From: a bacterium
Lineage (GTDB): Bacteria > Zhuqueibacterota > Zhuqueibacteria > Oceanimicrobiales > Oceanimicrobiaceae
NCBI GenBank assembly: GCA_037446635.1
Contig: JBBIIG010000023.1
Span: forward strand, 34,923-62,343
Reading direction: 5' to 3'
DNA length: 27,421 bases
The translations under genes and the position numbers were made by a program. How positions within the stretch are numbered: the stretch's first letter is position 1; each line of letters opens with the position of its first letter. The notes beneath the pieces are model-generated. The model saw only the letters and a list, made by a program, of their open reading frames with translations, did no database searches and was not told where the DNA came from. Positions 8,901-20,900 of this stretch are shown in pieces.

Positions 8901-11900
8901 TCCCAGCCACGGCGCGGTTTCGGTGAATCCCACTACCGGCGTCGTGACTTATACCCCGTCGCTGGATTACATCGGCCCCGACAGTTTTACTTACACGGTG
9001 AAAGATGACAATGGCGCTACGTCCAATGTGGCGACGGTTTCCATCACGGTTACCGGCGACAACGATCCGCCAGTGGCGCAGAATGACGCCGCCACCACCA
9101 ACGAAGAAGTTCCAGTTAACATCAATGTGCTGGCGAACGACTCCGATGTGGACGGCACGTTGAATCCGGCTTCCGTCACCGTGACCGCTCCCAGCAATGG
9201 CGCGGCGACCGTTTCTGCCAGCGGCGTGGTATCCTATACTCCGGATCTGAATTTTTTTGGAACAGATTCGTTTACCTACACCGTGAAGGACAATTTAGGC
9301 GCGACCTCAAATGTGGCTACGGTAACGGTGACGGTAAACAATGTCAACGACCCGCCGGTAGCGGCCAATGACGCCGGCCAAACCAACGAAGGTTTTCCCG
9401 TCACTATCAATGTCGTTGTCAACGACACCGACGTGGACGGCAATGTTGACCCGACCACGGTCACCATCGCCAGTCCGCCGGCCAACGGCGCGACTTCGAT
9501 CAATTCGACGACGGGCGCGATCACCTACACGCCCAACGCCAACTTCTCTGGTACCGACACATTTACTTATCGCGTTCAGGATAACAGCGGCGCCAATTCC
9601 AACGCCGCCACGGTGACGATTTCGGTTAACGATGCACCGGTCGCGGTGAATGACAATGCGGTTACGAACGAAGACAGCCCGGTGGTGATCGATGTGCTGG
9701 CCAACGACAGCGATTCCGACGGCGCCCTGGTTCCATCAACAGTGAGCGTGATTTCTGGACCGGCCAACGGCAGCGTTTCCGTTAATCAGACGACCGGGGC
9801 CATTACTTATACTCCCAACACGAATTTTTTTGGGACGAACACCTTCACCTATCGCGTGCAGGATAACTTGGGAGCCAACTCCAACACCGCGACGGTTACG
9901 GTGATCGTCAACCGCGAACCCTTCGCCGCTAACGATTCCAAAACCACAGACGAGGACGTGGCGACCGACATCAATGTCATCGCCAATGATATCGATCTCG
10001 ATGGCGCGATTGATCCCACTACCGTCGTCATCGTTACCGATGTGACCAACGGTACCACTTCTGTGAATCCCACCACCGGTGTGGTAACTTACACTCCCAA
10101 CGCGGAATTTTCCGGCAGCGACAGTTTTACTTACAACGTCAAAGACAACCACGGCACCCTTTCTAACAACGCAACGGTTTCCATTACCATTAATCCGGTA
10201 AACGATCCACCGGTGGCCAACAATGACGCCGCCGCTACCGATGAGGAATCGCCGGTTGATATTAACGTGACCGCCAACGATAGCGATATCGACGGCACCG
10301 TCGAGGTGAGCACGGTCACCATTGTTAGCCAGCCCGCCAATGGCTCAGCAACCTCGAATCCCACTACCGGCGTGGTGACTTACACCCCGGACGTTGATTT
10401 TTTTGGCAGCGATTCCTTCACCTACACTGTGAAGGACAACGGCAGCGCCACTTCCAACATCGCCACGGTTACGGTCACGGTTTCGCCGGATAACGACGCC
10501 CCCATTGCCGTCAACGATACTTCTTTCACCAACGAAGATCAGGCGGTGGCGATCAATGTGATTGCCAATGACACCGACATCGATGGCAACATCGATGCGA
10601 CGACGGTAACGATTGTGGATGGCGCGGATAACGGCGCCACCAGCGTCAATCCGATTACCGGGGTGGTGAATTATACTCCCAACACCAATTTTTCCGGCGT
10701 CGATTCCTTCACTTACACAGTGAGAGACAATGACGCCTTGCTTTCCAACACCGCCACGGTAACGATTTTTGTGAACGATGTGCCGGCGGCGCTGAATGAC
10801 GCTGCGCAGACCAACGAAAACGTCGCTGTGGAAATTGATGTGCTGGCCAATGACACCGATCTGGATGGAACCCTGAATCCCGCTAGCGTGGTGGCGGTTA
10901 CGCAGCCCGCCAACGGCAGTCTTTCCATCAACCCGGCGACCGGCGCCATCACCTACACACCCAACACTAATTTCTCCGGGGTGAACACGTTTAGTTATAC
11001 AGTTAAGGACAACGACGGCGCCACGTCCAATCAGGCTTTGGTGACGGTTACGGTTAACGATCTGCCCGTCGCCGCGAACGACGCCGTGACCACGGACGAA
11101 GACACGCCCGCCAACATTTCGGTGCTGGCCAACGATTCCGATTCCGACGGCGCGCTCAATCCGGCCTCCATTACCATTGTTTCGAATACCACCAACGGCG
11201 GCACGTCGTTGAACACGAGCACCGGCGTGGTGACCTACACCCCCAACGCCAATTTCTCCGGCAGCGATTCCTTCACCTACACGGTCAATGACGACGATGG
11301 CGCCACCTCCAATTTAGCGACAGTTACCATCACCGTGACCGAAGTGAATGATCCGCCGGTGGCGAACAACGATGCCGCCGGCACCATTGAAGACACGCCC
11401 GTCGATATTGATGTGAAGGCCAACGATACCGATGTCGATGGCATAATTGTTTCAACCACCGTTGCCATTGTGGCCTCGCCGGCTAACGGTTCAACTTTCG
11501 TGAACCCCACCACTGGCGTGGTCACGTACACGCCCAATTTGGATTTCACCGGCGCGGATTCCTTCACTTATACCATTAAAGATGACGATAACGCCGCTTC
11601 CAACATCGCGACGGTGACGGTGAATATTGCCGATGAAAACGATCCGCCGGTGGCCAATAACGATAACGCAACTACGCCGGAAGATACGCCGGTCGCCATT
11701 AACATTCTTGCCAATGATTCCGATATCGATGGTTCGCTGGATGCGGCGACAGTGACCATCACTACGCCGCCAACCATTGGCGCGGCGACGGTGAATCCCA
11801 CCACCGGCGTGGTAACCTACACGCCCAATGCCAACGTGTTTGGCAGCGACTCTTTCATTTACACGGTCAAGGATAATTTAGGTTTAAGTTCTAACAACGC

Positions 11901-14900
11901 CACCGTTAGTATCACCATCAACTCGGTCAACGATGCGCCGGTGGCCGTCAATGACACGGCGCTCACCAACAAAGGCGCCTCGGTGGATATCAGCGTCACC
12001 GCCAATGACTCCGACGTGGACGGCACCATTAGCGTGAATACGGTTTCGGTTACTGCGGCCTCCAACGGCACCACCTCGCTGCTGCCCGGCGGCGTGGTGC
12101 GCTACACGCCATTTCCCGGATTCACGGGCACGGATTCGTTCAACTACACCGTCAAAGATAATCTTAACGCAATTTCAAATGAAGCCACCGTTATCATTAC
12201 CGTGAACGATTTTCCAGTGGCGGTAAACGACGCCGCGGCCACCAACAAGGGCGTGGCGGTGACGATCAATGTCATCGCGAATGACAGCGACGCCGACGGC
12301 AGCATCGATCCGACCACGGTTACCGTGGTCTCCGCGCCGACGAATGGCAGCACGAGTGTCAACTCCACCACCGGCGAAATCACTTATACCCCCAACGCCA
12401 ATTTTGACGGCGCCGATTCATTCACTTACACGGTGAAGGACAACCACGGCGCCACTTCCAACGCCGCGACGGTCACGATTGCGGTGAATGATTTTCCAGT
12501 GGCTGTGAACGATGCCGCGTTCACGAATATGAACAACGCCGTTGTCATCGATGTGTTGGCAAACGACAGCGACGCCGACGGCGCAATTGATCCCACAACG
12601 GTCGCGGTGGTTACCAACGCCAGCAGCGGCGCCACTTCCGTAAACCCAACCACTGGCGAAATCACCTACACCCCGAATACCAACTTCTTTGGCAACGACA
12701 CTTTCACTTACAATTTTCAAGATAACAGCGGCGCCGCATCCAACACGGCCACGGTTACGGTGGAAGTCAACGCGCCGCCGATTGCGGTGACTGACGCCGC
12801 CATCACCAACGAAGACGCCAGCGTCAATATCAATCCCGCGGGCAACGACAGCGACCCGGACGGCACGCTCAATCTCACCACGCTGACGATTATTTCCAAC
12901 GTCGTCAACGGCACCACCAGCGTTCATCCCACAACCGGCGTGGTGACGTACACTCCGAATGCCAATTACTTTGGCAGCGATTCGTTTACTTACACGATAA
13001 AGGATAACGATGGCGCGGCCTCCAACACAGCGACAGTGAACATTACTGTTGTGGATGTAAACGATCTGCCCGTGGCGGTTAATGATGGCGCGGCCACTCC
13101 AGAAGATACGCCAGTTGAAATCAATGTAACTGCGAACGACAGCGATATCGACGGCACGCTTAATTTGAGCACCGTAACGGTCATCGCGCCGCCAGCTAAC
13201 GGCGCCACCTCGGTGAATCCGGCAAATGGCGTCATCACCTACACACCCAATCTCGATTTTGAGGGCGTCGATACCTTTACCTATACAGTCGCAGATGACG
13301 ACGGCGCCGCCTCCAACGCGGCAACGGTAACTGTGAATGTGGCGGGCGACAACGATCCGCCCGTGGCTCAGAATGACGCCGCCGCCACTGACGAGGATGT
13401 GGCCGTTGAGATTGCTGTGACCAACAACGACAGCGACGTGGATGGCGCAGTGGATCCGTCCACCGTAACCATTCAAACGCAGCCAACGCACGGCACAACT
13501 TCGGTTCATCCCACCACTGGGGTGGTGACCTACACGCCCGCCGCTAATTATTTTGGCTCGGACTCCTTTACTTACAATGTAAAAGACAATTTAGGTTTTA
13601 TTTCAAACATTGCGACGGTGACCATCACGATCAACGATGTGAACGATCCGCCGGTGGCGGTTAACGACGCCGCGGCGACAAGCGAAGAAACGGCGGTGGA
13701 CATCACGGTTACAGCTAACGATTCCGATCTCGACGGCACGCTGGACCTGACGACGGTGATCGTGGTAACGCCGGCAACCAACGGCGCCACGACGGTGAAT
13801 CCCACCACCGGCGTCATCACCTATACGCCGAACCTGAATTTTGAAGGCACCGATACATTTACTTACACCGTGAACGACGACGACGGCGCGGCCTCCAACA
13901 TTGCCACGGTAACGGTAACCGTCGCGGGCGACAACGATCCGCCCGTGGCGGTCAACGATACGACTTCGACGCTTGAGGAAGCAGCGGTTCAAATAGCGGT
14001 TGCCGCCAACGATTTCGATATCGATGGAATTATTGACGCGACCACGGTGGCGGTTTCAACGCCGCCGACCCATGGCGTCGCAGCCATCACTCCATCTACT
14101 GGTGTCATTACTTATACTCCAAATGTAAATTTCGTCGGCACCGATTCGTTCACCTATACCGTTAAGGATGATCTCGGATTCAGCTCCAACGTCGCCGCGG
14201 TGTTGGTGACGGTCATCAACGTCAACGACCCGCCCGTGGCGGTCAATGATGCAAGCGCTACGGGCGAAGAAACGCCAGTGGAGATCACGGTGACCAGCAA
14301 TGACATCGACGTGGACGGCGCCATCGATGTGACGACGGTCGCGATTGTCACGCCGCCCGCCAATGGCGCAGCTTCGGTTAACCCGGCTACCGGTGTCATC
14401 ACCTATTCGCCGAATCTCGATTTTGAGGGCGTCGATACTTTCACCTATACGGTGCAAGATGACAGCGGCGCGGTTTCAAACGCCGCGACCGTAACCGTTA
14501 ATGTCTCCGGAGATAACGATCCGCCGCTGGCGGTGAACGACACCACCAGCACCAACGAAGACGTGGCGGTGGAGATCAACGTCATCGCCAACGACAGCGA
14601 CGTCGATGGCGCCATCGACGCCGCCACGGTGGCGATTCAGACGCCGCCGGCCCACGGCGCCGCCGTCGTCAATCCCACAACCGGAGTGGTAACTTACACC
14701 CCTGCGGCCAATTATTTTGGCTCGGATTCGTTTACGTACCTCGTGAAAGACAATCTTGGATTTAATTCCAACATCGCCACGGTGCTGCTGACGATCCATG
14801 ACGTGAACGATCCCCCCGTGGCCGTGAACGACAACGCTGGCACGACGGAGGAAACGCCGGTGGCGATCGCTGTGCTGGCCAACGACAGCGATGTCGATGG

Positions 14901-17900
14901 CGTCATCGACCCGACGACGGTTACAATTGTCACTCAACCAACTCAGGGCGTGATAAGTTTGAATGCGACGACGGGCGGGATCACTTACACGCCGGGTGTA
15001 GATTTTGTGGGCGTCGATAGTCTTGCTTACCTCGTTTCGGATGACGACGGCGCCAGCTCCAACACCGCCAAAGTAATTATTAACGTATCAAACGAAAATG
15101 ATCCGCCGGTGGCCGTGGACGACACCGTGAGCACCGACGAAGATACGCCGATCGCGATCGCCGTTCTCAGCAACGACTTCGATATCGATGGCACGTTGAA
15201 CCTGAGTTCGGTTGCGATTATCACGTCGCCAGCTAATGGGTCGGCCGCGGTCAATTCGACGACGGGGGAGATTACCTACACACCGAATGCAAATTTCTTT
15301 GGCTCGGATTTGTTGACTTATACCGTCGAAGATAATTTCGGTTTTGCTTCAAACGTGGCCAGTGTTTTTATTATCATCGATCCCGTGAACGATCCGCCGA
15401 TTGCCGCCAATGACGCGGCGGTTACCGAAGGCGGAGTCGCTGTTAATATAAATGTGATTGCCAATGACACGGACATCGATCACGCCATCGATCCCACTAC
15501 GGTGGCGATCGTCACGCAACCAACTAACGGCAGCGTCTCCGTGAATTCGGTGACGGGTGAGGTTACCTACACCCCGAACGCCAACTTTGGCGGCGCGGAC
15601 GCCTTCACGTATCGTGTGTCCGACACCGGGGGGGCGCAATCTAACGTGGCTAACGCCATCGTCACAGTTCACGACAAAATTATCGCCGTCCACGACGCTT
15701 ACGTCCGCTCGTCGGATCCCACCACCAATTTTGGCGGGGGTACCGAGCTGCGGGCGCGCAAATCAGTCTCCGGTGTTTTGCAAATCAGCTATTTGAAATT
15801 CAACGTAACCGGCATCACCACGCCGATCATCAGCGCCAAAATTCGCCTCCTTTCACTTGATCCCACTGACCACGGTGGTTCGTTGTTTGTCGTTTCCAAC
15901 AATTTTGAGGGCACCACCACCCCGTGGGATGAGGGAGGGATTATTTACAATAATCGTCCCGCCGTTAACGGTTCGCCCCTTGTTTCACTCGGATCGATCT
16001 CAGCCGGACAGTTTGTGGAATTTGATGTTTCTTCAGTGATCAGCGGCGACGGCGTTTATAGTTTTGCTATCACCAGCAATTCGGATCTCACGGCGCGTTT
16101 CAACTCCAAGGAGGTAAGCAATGGCCCCGCGCTGATCATCCAACGTGCGCTGTCCTCGCCGTTGTCACCGGTCATCAACTCTTTTTCACCGGCCAGTGGT
16201 TTGGTGGGTTCAGAGGTGACGGTTTCGGGAGATCATTTTAGCAACGCCACGAACGTTGCGTTTAACGGCATCTCGACAACCTTCACCATCGACTCCAATT
16301 CGCAGATTCGCGCCACCGTGCCGGCTGGCGCCACCACCGGCAAAATCAGCGTCACCAATCCGGAGGGCAGCGGGATGAGTTCCAGCAACTTCCTGGTGAT
16401 TCTTGCTCCCACGATTTCCTCCTTCACGCCCTCCAGCGGACCGGTCGGCACGCAGGTTACAATCAGCGGCGCCAATTTGACCGCCGTCACCAATGTCTCG
16501 TTTAATGGTTTAGCGGCTGCCAGTTTTACCGTGATCTCGGCTACCGAGATTCGCGCGCTGGTTCCAGCGGGCGCCAGCAGCGGCGCGGTTTCAGTGCAGA
16601 ACGCCGCAGGCGCTGCAACCAGCTCTGCGAATTTCACGGTGATTTTGCCGCCGACCATCACTTCGTTCAACCCCACCAGCGGTCCGCTGAATACGGAGGT
16701 AACGGTTACGGGTACGAATTTCGTACAGATCACTCAGGTATCGTTCAACGGCACCGCGGCCTCTAATTTTGAGGTGGATTCTGACACCCAATTGCGAGCG
16801 CTGGTTCCAGCCGGAGCGGTAAGCGGGCCCATCAGTGTCGCCAACGCCGCAGGCAGCGGCACCAGCGCCAGCAATTTTGTTTTTTTGCAGCCGCCGACGA
16901 TCTCCTCATTTACCCCGGCCGGCGGCCTAGTGGGCACGCAGGTCACCATCACCGGCAGCGAGTTTGCCAGCGCCGTGGCGGTGGGCTTCAACGGTTTAGC
17001 GGCTGTATTCAACATTGACTCTAATACTCAGATTCGGGCGACGGTGCCGGCCGGCGCCACCAACGGTCCCATCAGCGTGGCCAACAGCGTGGGCACGGGA
17101 ATCAGTACGAGTGATTTCATCATCTCCAGCCTGCCGACGGTGTCTTCATTTATCCCCACCAGCGGCGCGCCCGGAACTGAAGTAACGATAACGGGAAGCA
17201 CGTTTTCAAACGCCACGACGGTGGCGTTCGGCGGGGTGAACGCGCCGAGCTTTTTCATTGAATCGGATACGCAAATTCGTGCCACGGTTCCCAATGGCGC
17301 TATCACCGGCAAAATCCGGGTGAGCAACGTCGCTGGCGGCGGCGAAAGCGTAGCGAATTTCATCGTGCTCAGCGGCAGCGGCACGGTGACGCTGCAGCCC
17401 ATCGCTGACGCCTACATTCGCTCGGCGCGGCCTAACGATAATTTCGGCGGCGGCACCGAAATCCGTGGTCGCACCGCCAGCACCGGCGAACTGACTCACA
17501 GCTTTTTAAAATTCAATGTTACTGGCGTGAGCGGCGGCGTCACCAGCGCCAAGATTCGGCTGGTGGTTTTGGATAACAGCAACCAGGGCGGCTCAATATA
17601 TTCCGTCTCCAATAATTTTCTTGGGACGAGTACGCCGTGGACTGAAGACGGTTTGAACTTCAACAACGCGCCGGCTATTTCCGGCTCGCCGTTGAGTTCT
17701 TTGGGGTCGATTACTTCCGGCGCGACGGTGGAGTTTGATGTAACCAGCGCCATCACCGGCAACGGCGTGTTTAGTTTTGGTTTGACCAGCACCTCCAACG
17801 ACGCGGCGCGCTATCACTCTAAAGAGAACACTAATCCGCCGCAATTGGTCATTCAAGCGGGCGGCGCCTCACCCAATGCGCCAGTGATTAATTCATTTAA

Positions 17901-20900
17901 TCCGATTGCCGGAGTAGCTGGCACAGAAGTGACGATCACCGGTAGCAACTTCACCGGCGCCACGTTGGTGCTGTTCAATGGCGTTTCTGCGGCGTCGTTT
18001 GCTGTGGACAGCAATTCGCAGATTCGCGCTTTCGTCGGCTCCGGCACCACCAGTGGAAAAGTGAGTGTGACCACGGCTAACGGTACCGGCTTGAGCGCGA
18101 GCGATTTCACTATCGTCGATGCGCCGACCATCACCTCGTTTACGCCGACCAGCGGCCCGGCCGGAACAGTGGTAACGGTTAGCGGTTCGAATTTCCTGGG
18201 AGCCACCGCCGTCCAGTTCAACGGTTTAGCGGCGTCTTCATTTGTCGTTGATTCCAACACCCAATTGCGCGCCACCGTGGCCAACGGCAGCACGACGGGA
18301 ACCATTCATATTGAGAACACGGCGGGCGGGGCGACCAGCTCTAGCCCGTTCACGGTGATCCTGCCGCCGACGGTCTCTTCGTTTACACCGACCAGCGGTC
18401 CGGTGGGAACGTTGGTGACCATCACCGGAACCAACTTCCTCGGGGTGAGCAGCGTTACGTTCAACGGCGTCGCGTCCACCAATGTCACGGTGGATTCGGA
18501 GACGCAGATTCGCGCCGCGGTGCCGGTGGGAGCGGCCTCCGGAAAAATTGCGGTAACGAATTCGGCTGGCAGCGCGCAAAGCGTGAATAACTTCACCATC
18601 GTTCAATCGCCGCTGGTGTCTGCGTTCACACCGACCTCAGGAATTATCGGCGTGTCGGTGACAATTACGGGCAACAATTTCGTCAGTGTTAGCGAAGTCA
18701 GTTTCAACGGCGCCGCCGCAACCTTCACGGTGGATTCGCCCACACAGATTCGCGCCACGGTTCCGAGCGGGGCGACGACCGGGGTCATCAGGGTAACCAA
18801 TGCGGCCGGCGCGGGCAACAGCAGCGCTAACTTTACGGTGATTTTGCCGCCATCGATTTCTTCTTTCAATCCCACCAGCGGCGTGGTGGGCGCGAGTGTG
18901 ACGATTAGCGGTTCGAATTTTGCCGGGACGAGCGTGGTGCAATTCAACGGCGTTGCCGCAGCCAGCTTCACCATCGATTCCAATACTCAATTACGCGCCG
19001 TCGTTCCCAGTGGCGCTGGCGCCGGTCCAATTAGCGTGCAAAACGCCGCGGGGACGGCGGTTAGCGCCGCGAATTTCACGGTGATTATTGGGCCGTCGAT
19101 CTCTTCGTTCAATCCGGCGAGCGCGCCCATCGGAACCGAGATCACCATCAGCGGCAGTAATTTTGACAACATCACCCAGGTGGCGTTTAACGGCGCCCTG
19201 GCTTCGAGTTTCATTGTCGATTCAGCCACGCAAATTCGCGCCACGGTTCCGAACGGCGCCAGCACGGGCCCGGTTAGTGTGACCAACGCCGCAGCCACGG
19301 CCGTCAGCTCCACCAATTTCATCGTGGAAGGGCCGCCGTCGATTATTTCGTTTACGCCGACGCAAGGCATCATCGGCAGCGCGGTGACCATCACCGGCGC
19401 TAATTTCAACGGCGCCACCAGCGTGGCTTTCAACGGCGTATCGGCAGCGTTCACGGTGGATTCCGACACCCAGGTGCGAGCGGCGGTTCCAATCGGCGCC
19501 ACGACGGGCGTCATCAGCGTGACCAATAACCTGGGCGCTGGCAACAGCAGCGCTAACTTTGCGGTGATTTTGCCGCCGTCGATTTCTTCGTTCGCCCCCA
19601 CCAACGGTCCGGTTGGCAGTGAGGTGACCATCAGCGGCGCCAATTTTACGGGCGCCACGGTGGTTTTGTTTAATGGCACGGCGGCTGCCATCTTTACCGT
19701 GGATTCGGAGACGCAGATTCGCGCCACGGTTCCCAATGGCGCAACCACCGGCCCCGTTAGCGTTGCCAACGCCGCGGGCAGCGCTGTCAGCGCCGCCAAT
19801 TTCAACATCACTACGGTTTCGGCGACGGTCACTTTCAATCCCACAGACGATGCTTACATTCGCTCCGATCTTCCGACGCGCAACCACGCCACCTCGGTTG
19901 AGCTGCGCGTTCGCAGGACCAGCTCCGCCGATCTTGACAGTTATCTTAAATTTAATGTCACCGGCTTGAGTGGGCCGCCGCAGAGCGCGAAGCTCCGCCT
20001 GTTTGTCATCAATGACGGCGTCGAAGGGGGATCGGTATTTCTGGTGTCGAATAATTTTAAAGGCACATCCACTCCTTGGACCCAGGCGGCGTTGGATTTC
20101 ACCAACGCGCCGGAGCTGCCGGGCACTCCGATCAACTCGTTTGGCGCAGTTGGCTTAAACCAAACTGTGGAGATTGACGTAACCCCTGCCATCACCGGCA
20201 ACGGCATTTATAGTTTCGCCATTTCCAATCAATCCACCGACCTGGTGAACTACAATTCCAAAGAGAGCGCCAACCCGCCGCAACTGGTGATTCAGACTTC
20301 CGGCGGCAGCACGAATTTGCCAACCATCACCTCGTTTACTCCCACCAGCGGCGCGGTCGGCAATGAGGTGACCCTCACCGGATTCAATTTCACCGGCGCC
20401 ACAGCGGTTCAATTTAATGGCGTCAACGCGCCGGGTTTCCTGGTGGATTCGGATTCGCAGATTCGGGTGAACGTGCCCTCCGGCGCGACTACGGGAGCGA
20501 TCAGCGTCACCAATGGCAGCGGCACGGGCGCCAGCGCCAGCAGCTTTACAATTATTCAAGCTCAAGCGCCGACGGTGACATCTTTCACTCCCACCTCGGG
20601 AGGGATTGGCGCGAATGTTACAATTACCGGCACCAATTTCGTGAGCGTCAACGGAGTGTCATTCAATGGCACGGCTGCCACCTCATTCACCGTTGACTCG
20701 CCGACCCAAATTCGCGCCAACGTCCCCTCGGGGGCGACGACCGGTAAAATTAGCGTGACGACGGCAGGCGGCACGGCGCAGAGCGCGGCGAATTTCACCG
20801 TTCTCACTTCGCAGTCAGCCTTTGCCCTGAGTTTTGACGGCACCGATGATTTGGCGGTCATTCTGGATAATCCTCTGCTCAGCGGCGGACCGGGCAAAAG

